From contig DASZDM010000233.1 in the NCBI GenBank assembly GCA_035942015.1, positions 1 to 37,565 on the forward strand: 37,565 nt of DNA, in the 5' to 3' direction. This stretch comes from Acidimicrobiales bacterium. Its GTDB lineage: Bacteria; Actinomycetota; Acidimicrobiia; Acidimicrobiales; CADCSY01. The number at the start of each line of letters is the position of its first letter. The stretch's first letter is position 1. The notes beneath the pieces are model-generated. The model had not been told where the DNA came from. It searched no databases and was given only the letters and a program-made list of their open reading frames with translations. The position numbers and the translations under genes are program-made. This document shows positions 16,018 to 25,447 of the stretch, piece after piece.

Positions 16018-16406
16018 GCCGAAGCCTCGGGGGGATGGTGGCCGCCGTCGTCGTCGTGGTCGGTGTTGTCCTCTTACGGGAACAGACCATGACGAGGCAT
16101 CAGCCGGGGGTGCCGGGCACCGCCACCGAGGTGATCGTGAGCGCCGCCACCCGGAACGCCGAGCCGGCGTCCACGGTGACGGAGCTCACCCAGGCGCTCG
16201 TCAGCACATGCCGCTTGGAGGTCGACGCGGAACCCATCTCCGAACTGGAGCGATTGTCCAGTAAGGATCGCCGGTACCGGCTGGTGTTGGCGCCGGCGCT
16301 CGACGAGTTCGACGAACGTCAACTGCACGGTTGTCTGGAAGACGCCCGCATCAACCATCTTCAGTTGAAGGTGACGCGGCTCCGTGCGATCTCCAGCGGC
16401 CGCTGA
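16014..16406 (+). CDS. single-pass membrane-anchored protein, hypothetical
   Basis: The GTG at 16014 overlaps the upstream stop (GTGA). 130 aa, with N-terminal TM MVAAVVVVVGVVLL and then a ~100-aa soluble part. No family recognised. Confidence 0.6.
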   Translation: MSRSLGGMVAAVVVVVGVVLLREQTMTRHQPGVPGTATEVIVSAATRNAEPASTVTELTQALVSTCRLEVDAEPISELERLSSKDRRYRLVLAPALDEFDERQLHGCLEDARINHLQLKVTRLRAISSGR

Positions 16407-16423
16407 GCGAGCACGGGCACAGG

Positions 16424-17083
16424 TCAGCTGCGGATGACCGACCACATTCGCCGGGGCCCGTCGAAGAGCCGGCTGACCGACTTCACCCAAGCCGGCGGCT
16501 GCTCAACGTCGCCGTCGTTCTCGAGCGACGCGGCATAGACGATCTGCTCGAATGAGGGTGGGCCCACCGCCAGATTCCGGCCCAGCGCGTCCCATGAGCT
16601 CCCCTTGCCCTCCTCGACCAGATAGGTCGCCGCCATGACGCCGGTGCGCCCCACCCCGGCGCCGCAGTGCACGAACACCCGACCCTCAGCATGTCGGACC
16701 ACCTTGACGAAACGCGCCGCCTCTTCAGGCTGCGGTGTCTGGCCGTCCCTGATCGGCATGTGAATTCGCTCGATGCCGAGGTCATCTAGCACTGATGAGG
16801 GCACAACGACGTCACGTTCGGCTCGCAGATCGACCACGGTGGACACCCCCCGCTCGGCCAGCTCTCGATAGCCCTCGACGCTCGGAGCATCTCCCCGCCA
16901 CAACTTGGTGTCGACCGCTCTCACATTTCCGATGCCCTCGATGCTGAATCGGGGGTTGTCCTCGCTCAGCCGGCTTATCACGAACGCGGCCAAGATGAGG
17001 ACGTTCCCGGCCAGGAGCAAACCAATCGTCCCAATCAGCAGCCGGCGGACGTTTCGCACGGTGATCCACCGTACCGCGACCAC
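16424..17083 (-). CDS. membrane-anchored Cys-based (tyrosine/dual-specificity-type) phosphatase
   Basis: 219 aa with a GTG start 16 nt after the MMPL stop. N-terminal TM LLIGTIGLLLAGNVLILAAFVI. P-loop VHCGAGVGRTG, with the Cys codon at 16664-16666. Confidence 0.85.
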   Translation of the reverse strand: MVAVRWITVRNVRRLLIGTIGLLLAGNVLILAAFVISRLSEDNPRFSIEGIGNVRAVDTKLWRGDAPSVEGYRELAERGVSTVVDLRAERDVVVPSSVLDDLGIERIHMPIRDGQTPQPEEAARFVKVVRHAEGRVFVHCGAGVGRTGVMAATYLVEEGKGSSWDALGRNLAVGPPSFEQIVYAASLENDGDVEQPPAWVKSVSRLFDGPRRMWSVIRS

Positions 17084-17099
17084 CGGACGTACCGCGCCG

Positions 17100-19502
17100 T
17101 CAGTCTCCTTCGGGCGGTCTGCGACGCCTCCGAAGGGCCCTTCCGAGGACGAGCAAGGCCACGACCGACGCTGCGACGTTCTCCACCCTGGCCCTGGCCC
17201 CGTGCTGCGCAGGCGACGTTTCCGCCACGATGGTCGAGGCCTGCGCCGAGGCAGGAGCCGCGGGCAGTGCCGGTCGAGGTGTCCACTGACCTCCGGCAGC
17301 CAGCTTCCCGGGACCCCCGCGCAGCGACCGCCCAGGCCATCCGCTCGCCGTCCCCACGAGACTGACCAGGCTGGGCACGATGAAGGAGCGGACGACGAAG
17401 ACGTCGATGAGGATGCCCAGCGCCATGGCGAAGGCGAACTCCCGGAACGGGCTCAGCGGTACCACGGCGAGAACGGCGAAGCTGAGGGCCAGCGTGATTC
17501 CTGCGACGTTGATCGCCCTCGTTGACCGAGGAACAGCGACCCTGATCGCATCCACGAGGGGCCGATCGCGAGCCTCCGCCCAGATGTAGCCGACACCGAA
17601 GATGCTGTAGTCGGCACCGAGCGCAACCAGTAACACCGCGGCCGCGAAGGGGACGTAGAACGTGAGTCCTCCCTGGCCACCAAGTGTCTGGAACACGAAG
17701 GTGGTGAGCCCCAGTGTTGCGGTCACGGCCAGGAGGTTGACGATCATGAGGTACAGCGGTGCCACCAGGGCGCGTAGAAACAGGACCAGCAGGAGGAAGC
17801 CCAGCGCTGTGGCCACGAGGATGATGCGAACGAGGTCGGCTTCGGTCTGGGTGACCGTCTCCCTGGCCAGGGCGGTGTCCCCGGCGAAGCTGGCTTCGGC
17901 ATCGGGAATGCCGGCCTCGGCGAGCATCGTATCCAAGTCGTCGTGGATCGCGTCGAGGCTGTTGATGGCCGCCGAACCGAGAGGGCTGTCGCCGAGGAAG
18001 ACCACGTAGCGAGCGGCGTTCCCCGATCTGGCCAGGACCGCCCCCAAGTTGAACGATGTTGGCTGGTTGGCGGGCCCCACGACGGCTTCCACGCCCGCTC
18101 GCTGTTCGATCAGCCTCTGCAACCGGTCGAGCGCAGGTCGCCGATCCGTGACGTCAGTGCCCTCGACCAGGAGGATTGCCGGTGACAGGATGCCCGGCAT
18201 GAAGCCCCGGGCGGCGGCGTCGGCAGCCCTGTTGGCATCGGACTCTTCCGGCAGGGACCCTATGACGGAGAAGCCGAGGTCGAGGTGGCGGACCGGTGCA
18301 GCGGCGAGGAGCAGCACCGCCACCCCGGCCACCACGACGGTGGTTGCTCCTCGCCTGCGGGTGATGGCCTCGACCACCCGGCTCCGCAAGGCGGGACGTT
18401 CGACCAGCGACTCGGCGGCTGTCGGGCGTCGCGGCCAGAAGGTGGTTGACCCGACGATGGAAAGGCACGCCGGCACAAAGGTGATGGCAACGAGGAGACT
18501 GATGAGGATGGTGAGGGCCATTCCGGGGCCGAACGCCCGGAAGGCTTCGATCCGCGCCACGACAAGAGCGAGGCTGCCGGCCGCCACGGTGAGGCCGGCG
18601 ACGAGCACGATCGGGGCGAACTCTGCCGTGCTGTGGCGGGCGGCGTCCAGGCGGTCGTCTCCGGCAGCCAGGCGCTCCCTCATCCCGGAGAGGAAGAAGA
18701 TCGAGTAGTCCGTCACCACCCCGAGCAGGAGGGCCACGAGGACCGGCTGCATCTCGCTCGGCAGGTCGAAACCGAGCTTGGCGCTCAACCAACCACCGAC
18801 TCGCAGCACGGCGTTGAGGGCAAGTGCCACCGTCACCATCGTCACCAGCGGAGCACCGACGGCCCGGAAGCTCAGAGCGACGATGAGGAAGATGAGCGCG
18901 ACAGTGGCGATCTCGACGGTGTGCAAATGACCACGCAGGAGCCTCAGTTGTTCGATCCTGCCGGGCACCACCCCGCTCACCCCGACCAGGTGATCGTCTG
19001 GCCCACCCGCGTACCACTCGGCATAGTCCTCGGCCACGTTGGTCTGAGCCAGGAAGTTCACCGTGGGCCGGAAATAGAGGTAGGTGATGGCGGTGGTGCC
19101 GTCCTCGCCGGTGGGTAACAGCCCGTAGTCGTTGATGACCGGCAGGGCGAACTCGATGCGCTCCAAGTGAGGCGGGGGATCAAGGTTGACGTCCAGGGCG
19201 TTGGTCAGGATCTCGAACCGTTCCTCAAGCGAGAGCCCTCTAGGATCCCGCTGTACCACCGCCACTCGGGTGAGCACCGGGAACCCGAATTCCTGGAATG
19301 ATCGGATTTCGGTCTGGATGGCGGGATTGTCGGGAGTGGTGAGCCCGCTGAACCGCCCGCTGCCCCCCGTCTCCCCCAGGGTTGGAAGCGTCATGGCCAG
19401 GGCCACGGCGCTGACCACCCAGAGAACGACGATCACCCACCGCAGCCGAACCAGGGCGATCGCGTACCACCGAGCTATACCCACGGCAGGTTGGTGCTGC
19501 AA
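17100..19502 (-). CDS. MMPL-family (RND superfamily) transporter
   Basis: 800 aa. Two blocks of about 6 TM helices are each preceded by an extracytoplasmic domain, with an Ala/Pro/Arg-rich C-terminal tail. The start is uncertain (TTG at 19502 or GTG 6 codons downstream). Confidence 0.9.
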   Translation of the reverse strand: MQHQPAVGIARWYAIALVRLRWVIVVLWVVSAVALAMTLPTLGETGGSGRFSGLTTPDNPAIQTEIRSFQEFGFPVLTRVAVVQRDPRGLSLEERFEILTNALDVNLDPPPHLERIEFALPVINDYGLLPTGEDGTTAITYLYFRPTVNFLAQTNVAEDYAEWYAGGPDDHLVGVSGVVPGRIEQLRLLRGHLHTVEIATVALIFLIVALSFRAVGAPLVTMVTVALALNAVLRVGGWLSAKLGFDLPSEMQPVLVALLLGVVTDYSIFFLSGMRERLAAGDDRLDAARHSTAEFAPIVLVAGLTVAAGSLALVVARIEAFRAFGPGMALTILISLLVAITFVPACLSIVGSTTFWPRRPTAAESLVERPALRSRVVEAITRRRGATTVVVAGVAVLLLAAAPVRHLDLGFSVIGSLPEESDANRAADAAARGFMPGILSPAILLVEGTDVTDRRPALDRLQRLIEQRAGVEAVVGPANQPTSFNLGAVLARSGNAARYVVFLGDSPLGSAAINSLDAIHDDLDTMLAEAGIPDAEASFAGDTALARETVTQTEADLVRIILVATALGFLLLVLFLRALVAPLYLMIVNLLAVTATLGLTTFVFQTLGGQGGLTFYVPFAAAVLLVALGADYSIFGVGYIWAEARDRPLVDAIRVAVPRSTRAINVAGITLALSFAVLAVVPLSPFREFAFAMALGILIDVFVVRSFIVPSLVSLVGTASGWPGRSLRGGPGKLAAGGQWTPRPALPAAPASAQASTIVAETSPAQHGARARVENVAASVVALLVLGRALRRRRRPPEGD

Positions 19503-19512
19503 CGGTGGGTGC

Positions 19513-20133
19513 TCACTGCCTCCTCTCCGCCCTCCGGGGCCGGCTAGTCAAGCCCAGCCTGGTCAACTCGGCGTTGGCCAGATGACGATAGGAACCGCGT
19601 TGGAGGTCGGCCCACGGATCGGCGCTGACCTGCGTCAAGCTGTCGTACGGCAGATGCTGCACAGCCCGATGGGCCAGGAACTCCTCGAGTCGTGGGTGTT
19701 GGTCGATACGATCGAGTGCTCTTCCCACCGCTCGCCTCTGTCGGGCCAGTGAGATGCGCAACGGAACGTACAGCGCGAGAACAGGCACGGTGGGGATCAG
19801 GACGAGCGCCGCTCCGAGCAGCACGCTGACCGATTGCACGGTGTCACGGCTGGACAGCCCGGCTACGTAGACGTCTTTGGCAGTGGCCCGCACATCGTTG
19901 CCGAAGCGCTCCGACGCTTCACCGATCAGCGGCAACCTGCCCACCTCCTGGAGGGCAGCTCCTGCGGTGTCGAGTGCCTCACCGGACTGCACAAGACTGT
20001 CGCTCACCTCGGTCAGCTTCTCGATCTCCAGGCCGGTGGCGATGCCGACGATGACCCACACGAGGGCCCATGCCACCAATGCGGCGCCGAGAAGGTGCCG
20101 GCGCCTGCCACTCTGGGGAAGCATCATCGTCAT
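19513..20133 (-). CDS. membrane protein (2 TM), hypothetical; first gene of the MMPL operon
   Basis: Start taken at ATG 20131-20133 (MTMMLPQSG...) with AAGGAT upstream. 206 aa. Two TM helices flank a ~70-aa loop. The stop lies 10 nt from the MMPL start. The upstream 200 codons of the 406-aa track ORF are Arg/Ser/Ala-rich shadow sequence. Confidence 0.7.
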   Translation of the reverse strand: MTMMLPQSGRRRHLLGAALVAWALVWVIVGIATGLEIEKLTEVSDSLVQSGEALDTAGAALQEVGRLPLIGEASERFGNDVRATAKDVYVAGLSSRDTVQSVSVLLGAALVLIPTVPVLALYVPLRISLARQRRAVGRALDRIDQHPRLEEFLAHRAVQHLPYDSLTQVSADPWADLQRGSYRHLANAELTRLGLTSRPRRAERRQ

Positions 20134-20227
20134 CGGCCTATCCTTCTCGACGTTCGATGCTGCATGTCCCCGGGGCCGACGGAAAGCATGCACCGAGAAG
20201 CCGCTGCGAGCCGTTGGAGGGAGGACG

Positions 20228-20692
20228 ATGTCAGAGCCAGCCGAGGACGATCTCCCCCCACTCGGCCGACGCACTCCGGCTCGTCCGCCTCGGACCGCTG
20301 AGGCCAGTTCTCCACGCACCTCGCTCGTTGCATTGCTCGCTCTCGCGGCAGGGTTGGTCGTCGGCATCCCCGTCGGAACGACCCTCGACGGAGGATCCGA
20401 CGAGCAGCCTGTTCCCGAGGCGTTGAGCAACGACGTCGAGGAGGCAGCTCTGCCAACCACCACCGTGGCGACACTTCCGCCGGAATGTGTCGAGACCATC
20501 CGTTCCGCCCAGCAAGCCTTGCTCCTGCTCGACGAAGGCCTACAGAGCCTCGGTGACCTCGATGTACTGGAAGTCGAAAGGGTGCTCGCGGACATGGAGC
20601 GACTTCGCCAGGGCTTCGCTCGTCGCGCGCAGCAGTGCCTGGAGGACCCCGTAGCAGCACCGATGCCTAAAGGGCAGGGTCTTGGGGAATAG
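20228..20692 (+). CDS. single-pass membrane-anchored protein, hypothetical
   Basis: ATG at 20228 with GGAGGGAGG upstream. 154 aa. TM LVALLALAAGLVVGIPVG is followed by a helical ectodomain with 2 Cys. Confidence 0.6.
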   Translation: MSEPAEDDLPPLGRRTPARPPRTAEASSPRTSLVALLALAAGLVVGIPVGTTLDGGSDEQPVPEALSNDVEEAALPTTTVATLPPECVETIRSAQQALLLLDEGLQSLGDLDVLEVERVLADMERLRQGFARRAQQCLEDPVAAPMPKGQGLGE

Positions 20693-20699
20693 GGCCCAC

Positions 20700-21080
20700 A
20701 TGGGAACAAGACGAGCAATAGCATCCGTTGCAACTGCGTTCACGTTGGTGCTCGCCGGCTGTGGTAGCGAAGATGTCGATACAGACGCAGTGGTGGAAGA
20801 CGCGAGCGAAGACGCGCGAGCCCAAGCCGAAGAGGCGTTGGCCGATCTGCGCACTGAAGCCGAGGAGGCTCTGGATGAGCTGCCGACGCCCGAAGCCCCT
20901 GACGTCAAGCAGGAGCTCCTCGATCGCTGCCGCGACACGGTGGGGAGCATGCGCGACGCCGACTTGCAGACTGCGGACTCCGTCCAGCAGATTTGCGACC
21001 GCATCGAAGGCGCGGACGTGAGCGACGTGGACGTGTTCAATGAGATCCAACAGGAGATCGAAAATCTCGAGATGAGCTAG
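20700..21080 (+). CDS. acidic lipoprotein, hypothetical
   Basis: MGTRRAIASVATAFTLVLAGC has a lipobox LAGC. The mature part is very acidic and helical, with 2 Cys. The start lies 7 nt after the upstream stop (an alternative TTG is at 20682). Confidence 0.65.
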   Translation: MGTRRAIASVATAFTLVLAGCGSEDVDTDAVVEDASEDARAQAEEALADLRTEAEEALDELPTPEAPDVKQELLDRCRDTVGSMRDADLQTADSVQQICDRIEGADVSDVDVFNEIQQEIENLEMS

Positions 21081-21106
21081 CGCACCATCAACTCCGAGTC
21101 AGGCGC

Positions 21107-22186
21107 CTAGACCTCGCGCTGCTCGACTTCGGTTGGCGTGGCCTGCTGTCCTACCCCGGTGGCCAATTCTTCCTTGCGCAAGGTTCCGCCGGCGTGTGGA
21201 TCGAGCGGCGGTGTGTCCATTCCCGCCTCTTCCCTGATTCCCTCGATCACCTCGCTGACAGCAGTAAGCGAGCTGCAGGACGGACGCCAACCGAGCTCTG
21301 TCCGCGCTTTCGTCGTGTCCATCACCGGCAGGCTCAGCGCCAGGTCGATCAGCATCGGGCTGGCGGGGATCAGACGGAGGCGCCAGGCCGCGGCCACAGC
21401 GGCGCGAACGGGCCAGAGGGGCAGGCAGACCGGTCGGGCACCGAGGAGTTCGCCGAGGGTGCGGGCGTCGAGCACCGGGTCGGCCGCGATGTTGAACGCT
21501 CCGTCGACGGGCCGAAGGATGGCCAGACGGTAGGCGTGGGCGGCGTCGAGGGAGTGCAGTGCTTGGAAGCGCAGACCCGGGAGGTCGGGGAACACCGGCA
21601 GGAGACGGGGACGCACCAGTCGGTTGGGCAGCAGAGGGCCGGCGAAGAGCCGGCGTTGTTCCGACGAAGCTTCACGCTTGAAGATGAAGCCGGCGCGGAG
21701 ACGGACCACGCGGATCTCCGGGTGCTCGAGGGCGAAGGTGTCGAGTGTCCGCTCGAGGTAGGACTTCTCCCGCCCGTACGAGGCGTGGGGAAGGGCGTGG
21801 GTAGGCCACGTCTCGTCGACGGGGTCGTCCTGAGGTCCGGGCGAGTAGGCGCCCACCGACGACGCGTACACGAGCGCCGGCACGCCGGCGTCGGCCACGG
21901 CGTCGAAGACGCGGATGCTGCCGAGGACATTGTTGCGCCACGTCTCGAGGTCGTCATGGGTTGGCTGGAAGATCCACGCCAGGTGCACGACGACGTCGGC
22001 ACCTCGGAAGTGGGGTTCGAGGTCGTCCTTGGCCACGTCGACCTGCGCCCAGGTGGTCTTGGGGGGCTGCCAACTAGGCGTCCGGCGAGCCAGGCCGACA
22101 ATGGTCTCGACCTCGGGCTCCGCGCCGAGAACCTCGATCAGGCTGGTGCCGACGTTTCCGGTGGCCCCGGTGATGACGACTCGCAT
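21107..22186 (-). CDS. NAD-dependent epimerase/dehydratase family protein
   Basis: ATG at 22184-22186 with SD GGAGGA. MRVVITGATGNVGTS Rossmann motif and a YGREK (Y-x3-K) motif. The upstream 34 codons of the track ORF are rejected. Confidence 0.9.
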   Translation of the reverse strand: MRVVITGATGNVGTSLIEVLGAEPEVETIVGLARRTPSWQPPKTTWAQVDVAKDDLEPHFRGADVVVHLAWIFQPTHDDLETWRNNVLGSIRVFDAVADAGVPALVYASSVGAYSPGPQDDPVDETWPTHALPHASYGREKSYLERTLDTFALEHPEIRVVRLRAGFIFKREASSEQRRLFAGPLLPNRLVRPRLLPVFPDLPGLRFQALHSLDAAHAYRLAILRPVDGAFNIAADPVLDARTLGELLGARPVCLPLWPVRAAVAAAWRLRLIPASPMLIDLALSLPVMDTTKARTELGWRPSCSSLTAVSEVIEGIREEAGMDTPPLDPHAGGTLRKEELATGVGQQATPTEVEQREV

Positions 22187-22214
22187 CGCTGATCCTCCAA
22201 GAGGGTTGGGCCCG

Positions 22215-22646
22215 TCATCCAGGCGAGTCCGCCGCGCTGCCCGCACCGGACCAATGGGTCGGCGCCCACACGGGCTGCACGCGGGCAAACGGATTGCGTA
22301 CCTCGGCCGGTCGGGGGGTCGTCAACGGCCGGCCGTAATGGCGGTACAGCTTGCGCTCGTCTTCGGGGGTCGCCGTTTCGGGGTCGAACTCGGGCGCCTC
22401 CTCGATCTGTTCCTTGGTGTAGGCCACGACGATGTCGTCGTCCCTGATTTCGACCGGACGGAGGGACACGAGGCGGCGGTGGCCGCGAATCCGCCCCATC
22501 TTCACCGTGGCCCACTCGGGTAGCCCATTGACCTGGTCGACCCAGATCTGTTCGATCGCGCCGGCCGTGTCGCCGTTGCTGTCCACCACCGCCCGGCCAC
22601 GCAACGCGATCAGCTCATCAATGTCGGAAATGTCGATCCCTGCCAT
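22215..22646 (-). CDS. PRC-barrel domain protein
   Basis: ATG at 22644-22646 with GGGAGGCGAGG upstream. LRGRAVVDSNGDTAGAIEQIWVD...PEWATVKMG...LVSLRP and ...EAPEFDPE...EDERKLYRHYG are typical of actinobacterial PRC-barrel proteins. Confidence 0.8.
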   Translation of the reverse strand: MAGIDISDIDELIALRGRAVVDSNGDTAGAIEQIWVDQVNGLPEWATVKMGRIRGHRRLVSLRPVEIRDDDIVVAYTKEQIEEAPEFDPETATPEDERKLYRHYGRPLTTPRPAEVRNPFARVQPVWAPTHWSGAGSAADSPG

Positions 22647-22874
22647 GGGTCCTCGCCTCCCTGTCTGCTTGTACTGACCTTCTTTCCGTCGAGCTGCGAG
22701 AACTAACCCCGCGCACCACAAGTCAGGGCTGGCCTCATCCACGCCAAGCAGCGTGCGTCCCAGAACGACCACGACGACGTGGAAGAGGCTGCCGGCCGAC
22801 TGCTCGAGCACCTCGACAGCGCCACGACTGGGAGTAGAAGCGGCGAGTCGACTTGAGCAGCGTGCTGCATTGGG

Positions 22875-24509
22875 TCACTCAATGAGGCGGAGCAGTTGGC
22901 CGGCCGTGCTCAGCTCGGCCGAGAGGGTCTTGTAGCCGACCTCATCGAAGAGAACGGTGACAACGTCGCCTTCCACCCTGACCACCTGACCGTCACCCCA
23001 TTGGTTGTGGTTGACCCGCGACCCCTGCGGAAACCGGGCGTCCTCCCCCTCAGCCGGCCGCTTAGCTGCAGCCCCTGACGCACAGGTGTCGCAGAACCCA
23101 CAGTCGTGGTCGTACTTCTCGCCGAAGTAACTGAGCAGGAACCTGCGCCGGCACGTCTGGGTCTCGGCATAGGCGCGCATCATTTCCAGCCGGCTGGCCT
23201 CCACCTGCTTGCGCCGCTCCTCGTGGCCAGCGATCGCCTGGGCCGCCCGGGCCGGGTCGTCGGCCCGTGCCCTGACCTCGTCGCCGTTGACGGCGACCGC
23301 GTTGTCGTCTTCGAGCCTGGTCACGGCGAGGGTCACCTTTCGCCGGCTGAGCTCCACCGCCTCATGGAGATCCGCTACATCGGCTGTGCCGCCAGCCTCT
23401 CCGAGTGCCGCGGCCACCTCCTCGACGTCGGTGGACTTCAGGCCACCGCCGGCGCCGAGGAAGCGACGCAGCCCGAGGTCGGCGGCACGATAGAACAACG
23501 TCGCCTCTGCCTCGGCACCATCGCGCCCGGCCCGTCCGATCTCCTGGTAGTAGGAGTCCAGCGACTCTGGGACGTCACCGTGGACCACGAAGCGGACGTC
23601 GGGCTTGTCGATGCCCATCCCGAACGCGGTCGTTGCCACCACGACATCGACGTCGCCGGCCATGAACGCCCGGTGGACGTCGTCTCGCTGTGACCCTCGG
23701 AGCCCGGCGTGGTAAGCGGCGGCTCGTACCCCTCGGCCACAGAGCGCGTGGGCGAGCTCCTCAGTTCGCTTGCGAGTCGCGACGTAGACGATTCCGGCAC
23801 GATGTCCTGCCGACAGAACCGTTGCTCGGTCGAGGACCATGCCGTCCTTCTCCCGGGCGTCGGTGGGGTGTTCGACGGCAAGACGGATGTTGGGCCGGTC
23901 GAAGCCGCGGACGACGACCTTGTGGTCCCGGAGGTGCAACCGCTCGGCAATCTCGCTCTGCACCGGAGGCGCGGCGGTGGCGGTCAGGGCGATGACGACA
24001 GGGTGGCGCAGGTCGTCGATGACCTGGCCCAGACGGAGGTAGTCGGGTCGGAAGTCGTGGCCCCACGAACTGATGCAATGGGCCTCGTCGACCACGAACA
24101 CCGATGGCTGAGCCTCTTTGAGCGCCTGCATGGTGTCCGCTCGGGAGAGTTGCTCGGGAGCAAGGAAGAGGAACTCCACCTCACCGTCACGAAGGCCGTC
24201 GAAGGCACTCTGTCGGTCCTTCGCCTTCATCGAGGAGTTGGCGGGCACCGCATCGCCCAACGAGTCCTCGCCCAGGCTCGCGACCTGGTCGTGTTGCAGG
24301 GCGATGAGCGGCGACACCACCACCGTCGGCCCCTCGACGGACGCAGCCACGAGTTGGTAGATCGCCGATTTGCCGTATCCGGTGGGCATGACGGCCAAGA
24401 CGTCGTGTCCGGCCATTGCCGCGTCTATGGCCTCACGCTGCTCCGGACGCAACTCCTCAATGCCCAGTCCCCGCTGTGCCAAATCCGCAATGTCGCTGTC
24501 CGTTCCCAC
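22875..24509 (-). CDS. recQ: RecQ-family ATP-dependent DNA helicase
   Basis: GTG start with a perfect SD AAGGAGG. Walker [13 protein letters not shown] box [19 protein letters not shown], and a RecQ Zn-binding region [12 protein letters not shown]...CGFCDTC. 544 aa. Confidence 0.95.
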   Translation of the reverse strand: MGTDSDIADLAQRGLGIEELRPEQREAIDAAMAGHDVLAVMPTGYGKSAIYQLVAASVEGPTVVVSPLIALQHDQVASLGEDSLGDAVPANSSMKAKDRQSAFDGLRDGEVEFLFLAPEQLSRADTMQALKEAQPSVFVVDEAHCISSWGHDFRPDYLRLGQVIDDLRHPVVIALTATAAPPVQSEIAERLHLRDHKVVVRGFDRPNIRLAVEHPTDAREKDGMVLDRATVLSAGHRAGIVYVATRKRTEELAHALCGRGVRAAAYHAGLRGSQRDDVHRAFMAGDVDVVVATTAFGMGIDKPDVRFVVHGDVPESLDSYYQEIGRAGRDGAEAEATLFYRAADLGLRRFLGAGGGLKSTDVEEVAAALGEAGGTADVADLHEAVELSRRKVTLAVTRLEDDNAVAVNGDEVRARADDPARAAQAIAGHEERRKQVEASRLEMMRAYAETQTCRRRFLLSYFGEKYDHDCGFCDTCASGAAAKRPAEGEDARFPQGSRVNHNQWGDGQVVRVEGDVVTVLFDEVGYKTLSAELSTAGQLLRLIE

Positions 24510-24614
24510 GTGGCCGCCTCCTTGCCGACATCCGCACTACCCCGCGAACGCCACCGGCAACCGAGTCGTCTGGCCCGAGGCCCACCCAACGCCGATTGGG
24601 GTGAACCGGAAGAT

Positions 24615-25361
24615 CTATACAGCAAGAAGGAGTGCGGCGTAGGCGGTGGCGCCAGCAAGAAAGGGAACGAACCGGCTTCGCCGCTCGCTGGGCACCTCCT
24701 CCTTGAGGACGTTGAGGATCACCCCTCCGCCGAGGAGGGCCAGAGGGACGGCGATGGCAGCGGCAGACAGTTCCGCGACCAGACCGACGGCCCAACCAGC
24801 GATCAGCGCCAAGGAGACCAACCAACGGCCCACGGAGGCGTAGGCGTGTTTGTGGTGCTCTCGCAGCGAGTAGTCCGTGACCAGAAAGTGCACCGCCATC
24901 GCGAAGGCGAAGGTGAGCAAGGCCGATAGACCTTCGTCCTCGCGATGGAGCAGCAGGTAGCCGATGAGCGCGTTGTAGAGGCCGAAGGAACCGATGCTGA
25001 CCCAGAACGCAGCGGAACCGGTGGAATCGTCGCCGGATTCCTCGCGCTTGCGGTGACGCGATGAGAGTGCGAGTCGCTCCAACCCGTAGAAGACGGCCAG
25101 CCCGGCGAGAGCCAGCAACCACACATGACGCTCCAGGATTGGCAACCATCCCCTTTCCTCGAATGCGGCCTGGCCCTCCTGGAGCTCTGGCAGGAGATGC
25201 ACAAAGACATAGGAGACCGACACTCCGCCGGCCAGCGACAGCCAGCGGCTACGGGGTATGCCCTCGAGGAAGCGGAGCTTGCCCGCGTGCAGGTGAACAA
25301 GCGTGAGAGTCAGCGCAGCGCCCAGGGCCACGGCCGCGGAGGTTTGCATGGAGCTGAGCAT
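24615..25361 (-). CDS. polytopic membrane protein, distantly ZIP-like (tentative)
   Basis: 248 aa with about 7-8 TM helices. The His/Glu-bearing helices (VHLLPELQEG, AMAVHFLVTDYSLREHHKH, NVLKEEVP) resemble ZIP-type metal permeases. The family call is weak. Confidence 0.55.
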   Translation of the reverse strand: MLSSMQTSAAVALGAALTLTLVHLHAGKLRFLEGIPRSRWLSLAGGVSVSYVFVHLLPELQEGQAAFEERGWLPILERHVWLLALAGLAVFYGLERLALSSRHRKREESGDDSTGSAAFWVSIGSFGLYNALIGYLLLHREDEGLSALLTFAFAMAVHFLVTDYSLREHHKHAYASVGRWLVSLALIAGWAVGLVAELSAAAIAVPLALLGGGVILNVLKEEVPSERRSRFVPFLAGATAYAALLLAV

Positions 25362-25447
25362 CCCCGGCGGCTGATGTCGACAACCGCCGAGCTGGTGCTA
25401 AGGAGTCCTCGGTGTGCCGGTGAGGCGTTCAGGGAAACGACACAACC

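Noticed and set aside
23709-24929. 406-aa plus-strand ORF
   Set aside because: It is antisense to recQ and to the ZIP-like membrane gene, and has no motifs.
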